Assembly (NCBI GenBank): GCA_964398115.1
Contig: CAYNLP010000002.1
Coordinates: 36,724-81,003, forward strand
Direction of reading: 5' to 3'
DNA: 44,280 nt
From: an uncultured Methanosarcinales archaeon
GTDB lineage: Archaea; Nanobdellota; Nanobdellia; Woesearchaeales; CAYNLP01
Below are positions 9,024 to 20,511 of the stretch, one piece after another. A program made the position numbers and the translations under genes. Numbering within the stretch: the stretch's first letter is position 1; every line of letters begins with the position of its first letter. Under the pieces are notes generated by a model. That model was given only the letters and a program-made list of their open reading frames with translations. It made no database searches and had not been told where the DNA came from.

Positions 9024-9344
9024 ATTCAAAAAGAAATCTTAGAAGAAATCCAAACCATCGAACAAAAGATGGAAGAAGGACTTGAAAAAGCAAAGAAGAA
9101 AAAACAAAAAATAATATCTGACGCAGAACAAAATTCTCTACAATACGTTGAAAAAAAGAAAGAAGAAATCAACGAAGAAATGGAAGAAAAAATAGAAGAA
9201 AAAAGAGAAAAAATCGAAACTGAAAAAGAAAAAATTCTAGAACAAACTGAAAAAGAAATCGAAAAAATAAAAGACCGATATGAAGAAAACAAAGAAGAAG
9301 CGATAAACTATATTCTAGACAAGTTTGAAGAGAAAGTGAATTAA
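9024..9344 (+). CDS. atpH: A-type ATP synthase peripheral stalk subunit H (G-like); probable ATT start at 9024, first ATG at 9069
   Basis: Charged all-helical ORF, first in the operon. In-frame upstream QKEILEEIQTIE matches the subunit H N-terminus. GAGGGAG SD at 9012-9018. Confidence 0.8.
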   Translation: MQKEILEEIQTIEQKMEEGLEKAKKKKQKIISDAEQNSLQYVEKKKEEINEEMEEKIEEKREKIETEKEKILEQTEKEIEKIKDRYEENKEEAINYILDKFEEKVN

Positions 9345-9345
9345 C

Positions 9346-11154
9346 GTGGGACTTCCAAAGCGAATGACCAAAGTTGGAGTTTTCGGCTCCAAAAAAGACA
9401 TGGAAGAAGTAACGGAATCCTTACACGAGCTCGGCGTATACCACATAGAAGAACACGACAGCAATGAAATAGATACAGGAAAACCATTCGAAAAAGCAGA
9501 AAAAATTGATGAAGCACTCGTCACCGCCAAAAGCATAATATCCACATGGAACCTTGAAGGAAGTGCTAAAAAACCAAAAAGATCGATAGACAAAATAATT
9601 TCAAAAATTAAAGAAATAGAAGCGAAAAACAACGAATACAGAGAAGAAGAAAGAAAACTACAAAACCAAATAAGTCAAATCGAAAAATCATTACCAATAA
9701 TACAACTGATAGAAAAACTAGGTCTCAAAACAGAATACTTCCAACTAAAAAGCATACAAGGATTCCTGGGAAGACTAAAACGAACAAAAGGATTGAAAGA
9801 AGAACTAAAACAGGTAACGACCCAATTAGAATTTGAAACTTTAAACAATCACGCAGTAGTTTTTACCTCAAAAGAACACGCCAGTGAAGTATTAGAAAAA
9901 CTAAACCAACGAGGATTTGAACAAGTAGATACAACAATTTTAGAGAAAAACGGAGACAGTGAAAAACTAAGAAAAAGACTGGAAGAAATCAAAGGAAGAC
10001 TAGCAGAACTACAAGAAGAAAATGAAGAATACATCCAAAGCAAGAAAGACTTCATACTAGGATCAAAAAGAAAACTCGAAGAAGAAAGTGAAAAAGCCGA
10101 AGCACCACTAGACTTTGCCGTTTCAGAAAACACTTTCTACATAGAAGGATACATCCCAGATGACAAAGTAGAAGAAACAAAACAACGTTTAGAAGAAGTC
10201 ACCCAAGACCAAATCGCAGTTCAAGAACTAGAAATCGAAGACGCAGAAAAAGTACCGGTAGAGATGGAAAACCCAAACGGAGTCGAAAACTTCGAATTCT
10301 TCATGGACCTCTACAGCCTACCGAAATACGTAGAGACAGATCCTACCATGTTAACGTTCATAACATTCCCGATACTATTTGGATTCATGCTGGGAGATAT
10401 GGGATATGGAGTTGTCACACTACTACTATTTCTAACGCTTAGAAAACTACTACCAAGTATGAAAAGACTAGTTAACATCCTATTAGCGAGCAGTATTTGG
10501 ACTATAATATTTGGAGCGATGTTCGGAGAAGCATTCGGACAAGAAACATTATTCGGAATACACTTTCCACACGTATTCTCTAGATTACACGACAAATACA
10601 CCCTACTATACACATCCATCGCCGTGGGTGTACTACACGTAAATATAGGACTTTTTGTAGGGATTTATAATGAATGGAAAAACCACGGTTTCAAAGCAGC
10701 ATTGTTTGAAAAAGTGAGTTGGATCGTCCTCGAAATCGCAGCAGTAATTTTCGGCATAAATTACATGTGGGGAACGATACCAATGAGTTACGGATATGCA
10801 ACTCTAGCCCTTGCCGTTATAATGATATTCAAAGGTGAAGGAATTAAAGGCTTAGTAGAACTCCCCCAGATATTCAGCAATATTTTAAGCTACGCACGAC
10901 TCATGGCAATTGGGTTAGCCAGCGCTGGACTGGCAGGAGTTGTAAACGACTTCGCCACCCAATTCTGGAGTCAAGGAGTATGGGGCATACTAGGAGCTGT
11001 ATTAATACTAGTGTTAGGACACACGATAAACATAGCACTTGGTCTATTAGGACCGTTCCTACACAGCTTAAGACTCCACTACGTGGAGTTTTTCACAAAA
11101 TTTTACGAAGGAGGCGGAAAACCATACACGCCCTTCGGAACTACAAGGAGGTAG
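9346..11154 (+). CDS. atpI: A/V-type ATP synthase subunit I (a)
   Basis: FGFMLGDMGYG, SYARLMA and LRLHYVEFFTKFYEGGG. GTG start. Confidence 0.97.
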   Translation: MGLPKRMTKVGVFGSKKDMEEVTESLHELGVYHIEEHDSNEIDTGKPFEKAEKIDEALVTAKSIISTWNLEGSAKKPKRSIDKIISKIKEIEAKNNEYREEERKLQNQISQIEKSLPIIQLIEKLGLKTEYFQLKSIQGFLGRLKRTKGLKEELKQVTTQLEFETLNNHAVVFTSKEHASEVLEKLNQRGFEQVDTTILEKNGDSEKLRKRLEEIKGRLAELQEENEEYIQSKKDFILGSKRKLEEESEKAEAPLDFAVSENTFYIEGYIPDDKVEETKQRLEEVTQDQIAVQELEIEDAEKVPVEMENPNGVENFEFFMDLYSLPKYVETDPTMLTFITFPILFGFMLGDMGYGVVTLLLFLTLRKLLPSMKRLVNILLASSIWTIIFGAMFGEAFGQETLFGIHFPHVFSRLHDKYTLLYTSIAVGVLHVNIGLFVGIYNEWKNHGFKAALFEKVSWIVLEIAAVIFGINYMWGTIPMSYGYATLALAVIMIFKGEGIKGLVELPQIFSNILSYARLMAIGLASAGLAGVVNDFATQFWSQGVWGILGAVLILVLGHTINIALGLLGPFLHSLRLHYVEFFTKFYEGGGKPYTPFGTTRR

Positions 11155-11160
11155 ATAAAC

Positions 11161-11382
11161 ATGGCATTAGAAACTGGATTAATTGCATTAAGCGCAGGAC
11201 TAGCAATTGGACTTAGCGCAATCGCTGCAGCAATAGCAGAAAAAGCAATCGGTACTGCAGCAATCGGTGCAATGGCAGAAGACGAAAGTCTCTTTGGACG
11301 AGGACTAATCCTCACCGTAATTCCAGAAACCCTCGTAATCTTCGGCCTAGTCATAGCAATCATGATAATCGGAATGGCATAA
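11161..11382 (+). CDS. atpK: A/V-type ATP synthase proteolipid subunit K (c), single hairpin
   Basis: Two TM helices and the PETLVIF ion-binding Glu. GGAGG SD. Confidence 0.96.
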   Translation: MALETGLIALSAGLAIGLSAIAAAIAEKAIGTAAIGAMAEDESLFGRGLILTVIPETLVIFGLVIAIMIIGMA

Positions 11383-11384
11383 AA

Positions 11385-11939
11385 ATGGGGCTTGAAGAAG
11401 TAAAACAAGGACTCAAAGAAGAACTAGAAGAACGCAGAGAAATAATTCTAGAAGAAGCCAGACGGCGAAAAGAAGAACTAGAGAAAGAAGCAAAGCAAGA
11501 AATAGAGACTTACAGAGAGAAAAAGGAGAAAGACGCAGAAAACTTGATTAAAAATCTGGAGCGAAGCGAGCTTGCAACCACAAAATTACAAAGCAAGAAG
11601 AAAAGACTTAGCGTGAAGAAAGACGCCATTGATAACTCTTTCCGACAAGTAATGGACAAGCTCGTTTCGAAAAAACCCAAACAGAGAGAAGAAATAATCG
11701 AAGCGTTGATAGAAAAAGCAGAAGATGAAATAGACGTTGGAAAGATTTTCTGTGCAAGTAAAGACAAAAAACTCATCGAAAACTACGAGGTAGAAACCAG
11801 CGACGACATAGAAGGCGGGATTGTTTGTGAAAGTAAAGATGGACAATCCAGAGTAGACTATACTATTGAGTCCTTGCTTGTAGAGATCAGAGAAGAAACT
11901 TTGAAGGAGGTTGAAGAAAAACTCTTCCAAAATGACTGA
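11385..11939 (+). CDS. atpE: A/V-type ATP synthase subunit E
   Basis: MGLEEV coiled coil, GGIV..S.DG..RVDYT, and operon position. Confidence 0.93.
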   Translation: MGLEEVKQGLKEELEERREIILEEARRRKEELEKEAKQEIETYREKKEKDAENLIKNLERSELATTKLQSKKKRLSVKKDAIDNSFRQVMDKLVSKKPKQREEIIEALIEKAEDEIDVGKIFCASKDKKLIENYEVETSDDIEGGIVCESKDGQSRVDYTIESLLVEIREETLKEVEEKLFQND

Positions 11940-12969
11940 ACTACAAGTCAAGTTCAATCCTTACGCCTTTGTAAGGACAAACGTGATGCGGAGCAACCTC
12001 TTACAAGAAAAAGATTACGAGAGAATGATGAAGATGACAGTATCAGAAATAACGAAAACTCTTCAAAACCTACACTACAAAGAAGACATCGATGCATTAG
12101 GAGGAGCGTACACAACCACCGAACTGATAGAAAAAGCACTAAGTCGGAATAGAGATAGAAGTTTCCAAAAACTCCGCAGGATTTGTCAAGGAGATGATGA
12201 CCTAATTGAATTAGTAGATGCGTACCTAGAAAGATATGATTTGTTCAATATCAAAACCGTTTTGCGGGCGATAAAAACAGGACAAAAAGATGAAGCGACT
12301 GATTTACTTTCTAATGCAGGGATTAATGATAAAGAATTCTATCAGGAAACGTTACGTCTCAATTCTATTGAAGAAGCTATTCAAAAATTAAGTACGACTA
12401 AGTTCGTCAATTTAAGCATGCGAGATAAAAGCTTACAAGAAATTGAAAACTTACTTGAAAAGAGCTACTATCAAGAATTACTCGATATGGCGAATAACAT
12501 TCCAAAACAAGTAAACCTGTTCAAAGAGTTCATATTAAATGAAATAGACGTGGTCAATATTTTAACCTTGTTAAGGTTAAAGAAAGAAAACGTTTCCAAT
12601 GAAAAAATCCGAGAGCTGCTGATAATTCCTGAAAGGGATGTGGGCAGGTACTTTTTGGAGAAAGTTATTAACAACGACAGTGTAGAGAACATTTTAGAAC
12701 AATTGAAAGACAGCGACTATGGTGAAATGATAGAAAAAGCGATGGAAAGATATGAAGAAACTCAAAGCTTAATGCCTATCGAGAAAGAACTCAAACGAGC
12801 CTTGCTTGAAAAAAGTGTTTTGATGCTTCATAAAGATATACTTTCCCCTAGCGTCATCTTGGGCTACATGTTTGCAAAAGATGTAGAGATAAGAAATCTT
12901 CGGATAATTATAAAGGGTAAAAAATTCGACTTGGATGAAGAATTTATCAAGAAGGAGTTGGTGTTTTAA
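11932..12969 (+). CDS. atpC: A/V-type ATP synthase subunit C (d)
   Basis: YAFVR..VMRS.LL, NIKTVLR, EID..N and EIRNLRIIIKGK. ATG at 11932. Confidence 0.93.
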   Translation: MTELQVKFNPYAFVRTNVMRSNLLQEKDYERMMKMTVSEITKTLQNLHYKEDIDALGGAYTTTELIEKALSRNRDRSFQKLRRICQGDDDLIELVDAYLERYDLFNIKTVLRAIKTGQKDEATDLLSNAGINDKEFYQETLRLNSIEEAIQKLSTTKFVNLSMRDKSLQEIENLLEKSYYQELLDMANNIPKQVNLFKEFILNEIDVVNILTLLRLKKENVSNEKIRELLIIPERDVGRYFLEKVINNDSVENILEQLKDSDYGEMIEKAMERYEETQSLMPIEKELKRALLEKSVLMLHKDILSPSVILGYMFAKDVEIRNLRIIIKGKKFDLDEEFIKKELVF

Positions 12970-13271
12970 TGACTGAAATAGCAGTAGCAGGAACAGAAGA
13001 GTTCATGCTCGGATTTAAACTAGCCGGTATCAGACACATGTTCAACACTGAAGAAAACCCGAAAGAAACTTTGGAAGAAGCTATGAATATTGAAGAGGTT
13101 GGAGTAGTAGTTGTAGATCAAGAAACACTTGATAAATTACCAGAACATTTTCAAGAAGAAATCATGTCATCAGTCAATCCAGTTATTTTACCTCTTTCAG
13201 AAGAAACAGATAATTCAAGATTACGAGACAAAATTACAAGTGCAATAGGAGTAGACTTAATGGATAGGTGA
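12969..13271 (+). CDS. atpF: A/V-type ATP synthase subunit F
   Basis: IAVAG...GFKLAGI...AIGVDL. Confidence 0.95.
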   Translation: MTEIAVAGTEEFMLGFKLAGIRHMFNTEENPKETLEEAMNIEEVGVVVVDQETLDKLPEHFQEEIMSSVNPVILPLSEETDNSRLRDKITSAIGVDLMDR

Positions 13272-13276
13272 TAATA

Positions 13277-15018
13277 ATGTCAAAAGGAACACTTAAGAGA
13301 ATTGCAGGACCAGTAGTTGTCGCCAAAGATCTAGAAGCAAAAATGTACGACGTTGTATACGTAGGAAAAGAACAACTCATGGGTGAAGTCATCGAAATTG
13401 AAGATGATGAAATAACCATACAAGTTTATGAAGGAACTAGTGGCATTCAACCAGGAGAACCTGTAGAAAACACTGGAGAACCACTTACTGTAACGCTAGG
13501 ACCAGGACTGCTCAAAAGCATATATGATGGGGTTCAAAGACCGCTACCAGAATTAGAGGAGCAACAAGGAACCTTTATCAGCAGAGGAGCAAGAGCTCCA
13601 GGTATAGACTTAGAAAAAGAATGGGAGTTTGAACCCTTGATAGAGGAAAGTGACGAAGTTCAACCTGGCGACGTGGTTGGAGAAGTACAAGAAACAGAAA
13701 ATAATATACACAAAGTTATGGTGCCACCCGACTATGAAGGTGGAGAAGTATCCAATGTTAAAAAAGGAGAGTACACCGTGGAAGAAAGCGTTGTAGAATT
13801 AGACAACGGAGAAGAAATAAAGATGAAACAAGAATGGCCGGTGAGAGAAGCAAGACCTGTAGAAGAAAAACTCTCTCCTAACATTCCACTCATTACAGGA
13901 CAACGAGTGTTTGACGCGTTGTTCCCACTAACCAAAGGAGGAGCAGCAGCGATTCCCGGGCCGTTTGGAGCTGGTAAGACAGTCGCTCAACAACAACTGG
14001 CTAAATGGTGCGACGCAGACATAATAATCTACGTTGGATGTGGAGAACGTGGGAACGAAATGACAGAAGTGTTAGAAGAATTCCCAGAATTAGAAGATCC
14101 TCGAACCGGAGCACCCTTAATGAATCGAACTGTACTCATAGCAAACACTTCAAACATGCCGGTTGCAGCAAGAGAAGCAAGCATATATACAGGTATCACG
14201 ATAGCAGAATACTACAGAGATATGGGATACGACGTAGCAATGATGGCAGACAGTACCAGTAGATGGGCGGAAGCGATGAGAGAAATCTCGAGCCGGCTGG
14301 AAGAAATGCCGGGAGAAGAAGGATACCCAGCATACCTAGCCACTAGATTGGCAGAGTTTTATGAAAGAGCCGGAAGAGTCACACCCCTCGGTGTCGACGA
14401 TCCTGGAAGCGCGACAGTTATCGGAGCTGTAAGTCCGCCCGGAGGAGACTTTTCAGAACCAGTAACGCAAAACACTCTTAGAGTTACAAAAGTTTTCTGG
14501 GCATTAGACAGCGACCTTTCAAAGAAGAGACACTTTCCAGCAATAAACTGGCTAGACTCATATAGCTTGTATCAGGATGAGATTAAAGGATGGTACGCGG
14601 AAGAAGTTGGAGAAGACTGGGGTGAATGCATCAGTCGAATTAACAAGTTACTGCAGGAAGAAGACGAATTAATGGAAATAGTACAACTCGTTGGAAGCGA
14701 CGCATTGCCAGAAAACCAACAAGTCTTGCTAGAAGCAGCACGGTTAGTTAGAGAAGATTTCTTACAGCAAAACGCTTTCCATGACGTCGAAACATATTGT
14801 GAATTGGACAAAACATACATGTTGATGAAGACAATACTTCTCTACTATGACTTGGCTCAAGACGCGTTAGAACGAGGAGTGAGGATAGAAGACATACTCG
14901 GAGTAGATGCGAAGAACAAAATAGGGAAAGCTAAGTTTGAAGAAGACTACGAAAAGTTATTGGAGGAAACACAAGAAGAAATCAAACAAGAATTTGAAGA
15001 ACTCACAGGTGATATAGA

Positions 15019-15022
<4 letters not shown>
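13277..15022 (+). CDS. atpA: A/V-type ATP synthase catalytic subunit A (no intein)
   Basis: [27 protein letters not shown] and [10 protein letters not shown]. Confidence 0.98.
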
Positions 15023-16518
<1,496 letters not shown>

Positions 16519-16522
16519 ACAG

Positions 16523-17149
16523 ATGGAAGATGTTAAACCCACAAGGACTGAATTGTTGAACTTGAAGGAAAAGATAGAACTAGCTAAAAACGGTCATAAA
16601 CTTTTGAAGAAGAAACGGGACGGTTTGATAATGGAATTCTTTGAAGTTTTGAAAGAAGCAAAGAGTTTACGAGAAGAACTTACTGAATCTTTCAAAAACG
16701 CACAGGAGAAAATGAATATAGCCAGAACGTTAGAAGGAGATTTGAAGATTAACAGCTTGGCTATGGCGATTAGTGAAAAGCCAGAATTTGAAATGGCTGA
16801 GAAAAACATCGTTGGAGTCGTCGTTCCAAAGGTGGAAGATGCGAAGAGTTTGAGAAAACAAATGTTTGAAAGAGGACACGGTTATTTCAACAGCGCGGCT
16901 ATTGACGAAGTAGCAACTGCTTATGAAGAACTAGTTGAAAAAATTATCAAAGCAGCCGAAGTTGAAACTACTATCCGGAAATTACTAGAAGAGATTGAAA
17001 AGACCAAGCGTCGTGTTAACGCTTTAGAATTTGAAGTCGTGCCCAGGATGGAAGACCAAGCTGAATACATACAAATGCGTTTAGATGAACAAGAAAGAGA
17101 AAACTTTTCTAGACTTAAGCTTATCAAGAACCGTATGGAAGAAGATTAG
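16523..17149 (+). CDS. atpD: A/V-type ATP synthase subunit D
   Basis: KPTR.EL...GHKLLKKKRDGL and EIEKTKRRVNALE. Confidence 0.97.
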   Translation: MEDVKPTRTELLNLKEKIELAKNGHKLLKKKRDGLIMEFFEVLKEAKSLREELTESFKNAQEKMNIARTLEGDLKINSLAMAISEKPEFEMAEKNIVGVVVPKVEDAKSLRKQMFERGHGYFNSAAIDEVATAYEELVEKIIKAAEVETTIRKLLEEIEKTKRRVNALEFEVVPRMEDQAEYIQMRLDEQERENFSRLKLIKNRMEED

Positions 17150-17192
17150 AGGAAAAAGTTTATATTCCATCTTTCAAGAAAAATGAGGTTAG

Positions 17193-19385
17193 ATGCCAAA
17201 AAAGAGTGTGGGTTCCGGTAAATTCGGCGCTTTCTCAGGAGTTTTCGTACCAACATCCCTAAGCATACTCGGGGTTATCCTGTTCTTAAGACTTGGATAT
17301 ATAGTAGGAAGTGCAGGGATTTTGGGGGCGATAGCAATAATATTTCTGGCAGTTTCAATCACTCTCAGCACAGGATTATCACTAAGTTCAATAACTACTA
17401 ATATTAGGATAGGTGCGGGTGGGGCCTACAGTATAATTTCAAAAACTTTAGGTTTAGAAGTAGGAGGATCCGTCGGTATACCTTTATATCTTGCACAAAC
17501 TTTTTCTGTTCTCCTATACATTTTTGGATTTGCTGAAACTTATCACTTTATATTTCCAGATCATCCAAGAATTCTCATCTTACTAGGAACGTTTTTGGCA
17601 CTCGTTGCATTAACAGGGATTAGTGTGAAGTATGCGGTGAAAGCGCAAAAATATGTTTTCTATCTTGTTCTTCTAGCATTGGTTTCAATATTTGCGGGTG
17701 GTGGTTGGTGGGAAGCAGGCAGGCAAGTAGTTATGGTTTCGAACTTTACTGAAGCGCCTTTCTGGAGTTTATTCGCCTTGTTCTTCCCTGCCGTTACAGG
17801 CTTGATGGCAGGGGTGGGGATGAGTGGTGAATTAACTGATCCTAAACGGCAGATACCGAAGGGAGTTATGTGGGCTTTGGGTGTTACTACAATAATTTAT
17901 GTTATAATGGTTTTCTGGTTTGGATACTCTGCAGATGCTCAGACTTTAATAAATAATAATTTAGCGATAGCTAAATTGGCTGCTTTTTCCCCCTTGGTCT
18001 TGGCGGGTATATTAGCAGCGACTTTCTCCAGTGCTCTCACTACTTTTGTTGCTGCGCCTCGTTTGCTTCAAGCGTTGGGTGATAACGGTATTTTACCAGC
18101 TAGTAGGTTCTTTGCTGAAACTACCTCTAATAATGAACCTAGGAATGCAACTCTAGTCACGGGAGCTATAATTGGTGTGGTGTTGCCTTTTAGCAACTTA
18201 GATGCTATCGCTCCTTTCTTAACCATGTTTTTCCTCATAACTTATGGTATGATTAACTTGGTAGTTTTTATAGAGCAAAGTCTTGAATTAGTTAGTTTCC
18301 GACCTACTTTTGAGATACCTAAATTTGTGCCTTTATTTGGAGCAGTGGGTAGCGTTGTATTCATGTTCTATATTGACGTATTGGCAGGTGTTACAGCTCT
18401 CGGGTTCTTGTTCTTCACATATATGTTGTTGGTACAAAGAAAGTTAAGTCCTAAACATGGAGATGTTAGATCGGGATTGTTTGTGGCGTTGTCTGAATGG
18501 GCGGCTAAGAAAGTGATGAGTTTGCCTAAGAGCACTAAGCATATTTGGAGGCCTAACTTATTGTTACCTATTCAGACTAGTAGGAAATTACTTGGTAGTT
18601 ATCCTTTGATAAAATCTATAGTTTATCCAAATGGTACTTTGAGTGTTTTGGGTATGGAGACTAAAGAGGGTAGTGCTCCGGATGAGGAGGATTTAAGTGA
18701 GGAAGAAGCGCAAGAAGAGTTGCAGATGATTGATGAAATGGTTGAAAAATATGGTAGGGAAGGCATTTTTACTAGTAACACTACGATTCATGCTGATGAT
18801 TACATCCATGGTGTGTGTTTGTCTATGGAAGCGATTGAAGGGCAGTTCTTCCATCCAAATATTGTTTTCTTACCTAGCGCTCCGGATAAGTTTAAGGTTA
18901 AAGAGTTGGATGAAATATTTTACACTGCGAATGAAACAGAGTCGGGTTTGATATTCTTTGATAAGGATAAAGACATTGGTTTAGGTAGTGAGGAAGACGT
19001 ACATATCTGGTTGACAGATGATGTTTTGGAGGGAGACTTTTATGATGATAGGGTATTTGACTTAGCGATGCTTGTAGCTTATAGGATGCATAAGAATTGG
19101 GTCGGTAATATCACGTTGTGGATGTGTACCGATGAGGAGAATGAGAAAGAGGCTAACGATTACCTGGACAGGTTGGTTTATGAAAGTCGTTTCCCTGCTA
19201 AGACTGAAAAGTTAGTTTCTTTGGATAGTTTCAAGAAGAGTGTTAAGAACGCGCCGAAAGGGGATATTCATATCGTGCCTTGTGAGGGCGAAGAACATTT
19301 GAGAGAGTTGATTGGGAAAACGAAAAATTTGAATAGGTCTTTCCTCTACGTGATTGATAGTGGTGAGGAAGATATTTTGGCTTAA
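17193..19385 (+). CDS. APC-superfamily transporter, SLC12/cation-chloride cotransporter (CCC)-like, with cytoplasmic C-terminal domain
   Basis: FGAFSGVFVP...LGVILFLR, GGAY.IIS..LG.E.GG..G, FFPAVTG, SGEL.DP...IPKG and WRPNLL. Confidence 0.88.
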   Translation: MPKKSVGSGKFGAFSGVFVPTSLSILGVILFLRLGYIVGSAGILGAIAIIFLAVSITLSTGLSLSSITTNIRIGAGGAYSIISKTLGLEVGGSVGIPLYLAQTFSVLLYIFGFAETYHFIFPDHPRILILLGTFLALVALTGISVKYAVKAQKYVFYLVLLALVSIFAGGGWWEAGRQVVMVSNFTEAPFWSLFALFFPAVTGLMAGVGMSGELTDPKRQIPKGVMWALGVTTIIYVIMVFWFGYSADAQTLINNNLAIAKLAAFSPLVLAGILAATFSSALTTFVAAPRLLQALGDNGILPASRFFAETTSNNEPRNATLVTGAIIGVVLPFSNLDAIAPFLTMFFLITYGMINLVVFIEQSLELVSFRPTFEIPKFVPLFGAVGSVVFMFYIDVLAGVTALGFLFFTYMLLVQRKLSPKHGDVRSGLFVALSEWAAKKVMSLPKSTKHIWRPNLLLPIQTSRKLLGSYPLIKSIVYPNGTLSVLGMETKEGSAPDEEDLSEEEAQEELQMIDEMVEKYGREGIFTSNTTIHADDYIHGVCLSMEAIEGQFFHPNIVFLPSAPDKFKVKELDEIFYTANETESGLIFFDKDKDIGLGSEEDVHIWLTDDVLEGDFYDDRVFDLAMLVAYRMHKNWVGNITLWMCTDEENEKEANDYLDRLVYESRFPAKTEKLVSLDSFKKSVKNAPKGDIHIVPCEGEEHLRELIGKTKNLNRSFLYVIDSGEEDILA

Positions 19386-19426
19386 AGGTTAATAATAAAA
19401 AAGTTTAATCTCTAGCATGTTTTGTT

Positions 19427-19888
19427 ATGGAGAAGAGAAAACTTTTCTTGTTTTTAGTACTTGTGCTGTCAGTTATTGGAATGGCTGATAGCATTCACTT
19501 GTTGGAGATTAAGTATGGTGGTCACGAGTTTATAGCGTGTGATATTAATGAGAAATTTAGTTGTTCTACTGTTAATATGAGTCCTCAGAGTGAATTTTTC
19601 GGCTTTCCTACGGCAGGGATAGGATTAATCGGTTATAGTGTGTTGGCTATGATGAGTTTTTTCTTACTACGAAAAAAGGATTGGAGGGATAAGTTCTTTC
19701 ATGAGAAGCTTTTCAATTTAGTTACTCCTTTCACTCTTTTGATAGTTGCAGCTATAGGTTTGATAATGCAGTTATATTATACTTATGTCGAGTTTTTTGT
19801 GTTAGAGCAATTCTGTATTTTTTGTTTATTCAGCCAAGCCTTGATAATAGGGATTGCAGTTTTTGCTTATGTCAACTTTTCTAAGTGA
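19427..19888 (+). CDS. vitamin K epoxide reductase (VKOR) family protein
   Basis: Loop Cys pair CDINEKFSC..V..S, FG.P, active-site CIFC, and 4 TM helices. Confidence 0.9.
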   Translation: MEKRKLFLFLVLVLSVIGMADSIHLLEIKYGGHEFIACDINEKFSCSTVNMSPQSEFFGFPTAGIGLIGYSVLAMMSFFLLRKKDWRDKFFHEKLFNLVTPFTLLIVAAIGLIMQLYYTYVEFFVLEQFCIFCLFSQALIIGIAVFAYVNFSK

Positions 19889-20471
19889 TTTGATCCACTA
19901 CTGTTTCGCTTGAACTATCCTGGTTTGAGTTATTCGAAGTCGTGTTTTCTATCTTTTCCTCACCTTTTACAGGAGTGTTCGGAACACTTCCTGCCTGTTT
20001 TCTGATATATTGTTTAATATCAAAAGTTTTCTTGAAGGATAGTTTGTAAGTGGTGAAGTATGCGTTGACTGAAACGTTTCCTTTCACGTTAGCGTAGACA
20101 TGGTCTTTGAGCAATAGTTGGACTGCCATGCTTGCAGTCGGAACCCATCTGGTATGGTGTTCGAAAGGTACTTTGTTTACTTGAGTGCTTTCAAGTTTGA
20201 AACTAGGTAGGTTTCCTGTGCTGATAGTTTCTCCGGTTTGGTTTAGTTCAATTATGTAATCTACGCCTTTAACCGGTACTGATAATAATGCAGGGTTTTG
20301 TATAATTAAGTCTCCTGTTAGGTTGAATCCTTCGGTGCTTACTCCTGAGAGACCAGTTATTTGAAAGTTTTGAACGCTTACGTTTGTAAGTCCTCGTCCC
20401 ATTAAGAATAAAATGCCGAGAATTGCTATTATTAAGCCGGTTTTAATCCAAGTTTTCTTGTTGGAACTCAT
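19881..20471 (-). CDS. membrane-anchored LEA_2/WHy-like domain protein
   Basis: N-terminal TM, then beta-rich L.IQNP...VPVKGVDY.I.LN pattern. Confidence 0.65.
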   Translation of the reverse strand: MSSNKKTWIKTGLIIAILGILFLMGRGLTNVSVQNFQITGLSGVSTEGFNLTGDLIIQNPALLSVPVKGVDYIIELNQTGETISTGNLPSFKLESTQVNKVPFEHHTRWVPTASMAVQLLLKDHVYANVKGNVSVNAYFTTYKLSFKKTFDIKQYIRKQAGSVPNTPVKGEEKIENTTSNNSNQDSSSETVVDQIT

Positions 20472-20511
20472 AAAAAAAGTTTTAATCTGATATTTTTTTT
20501 AAGTATGTCTG

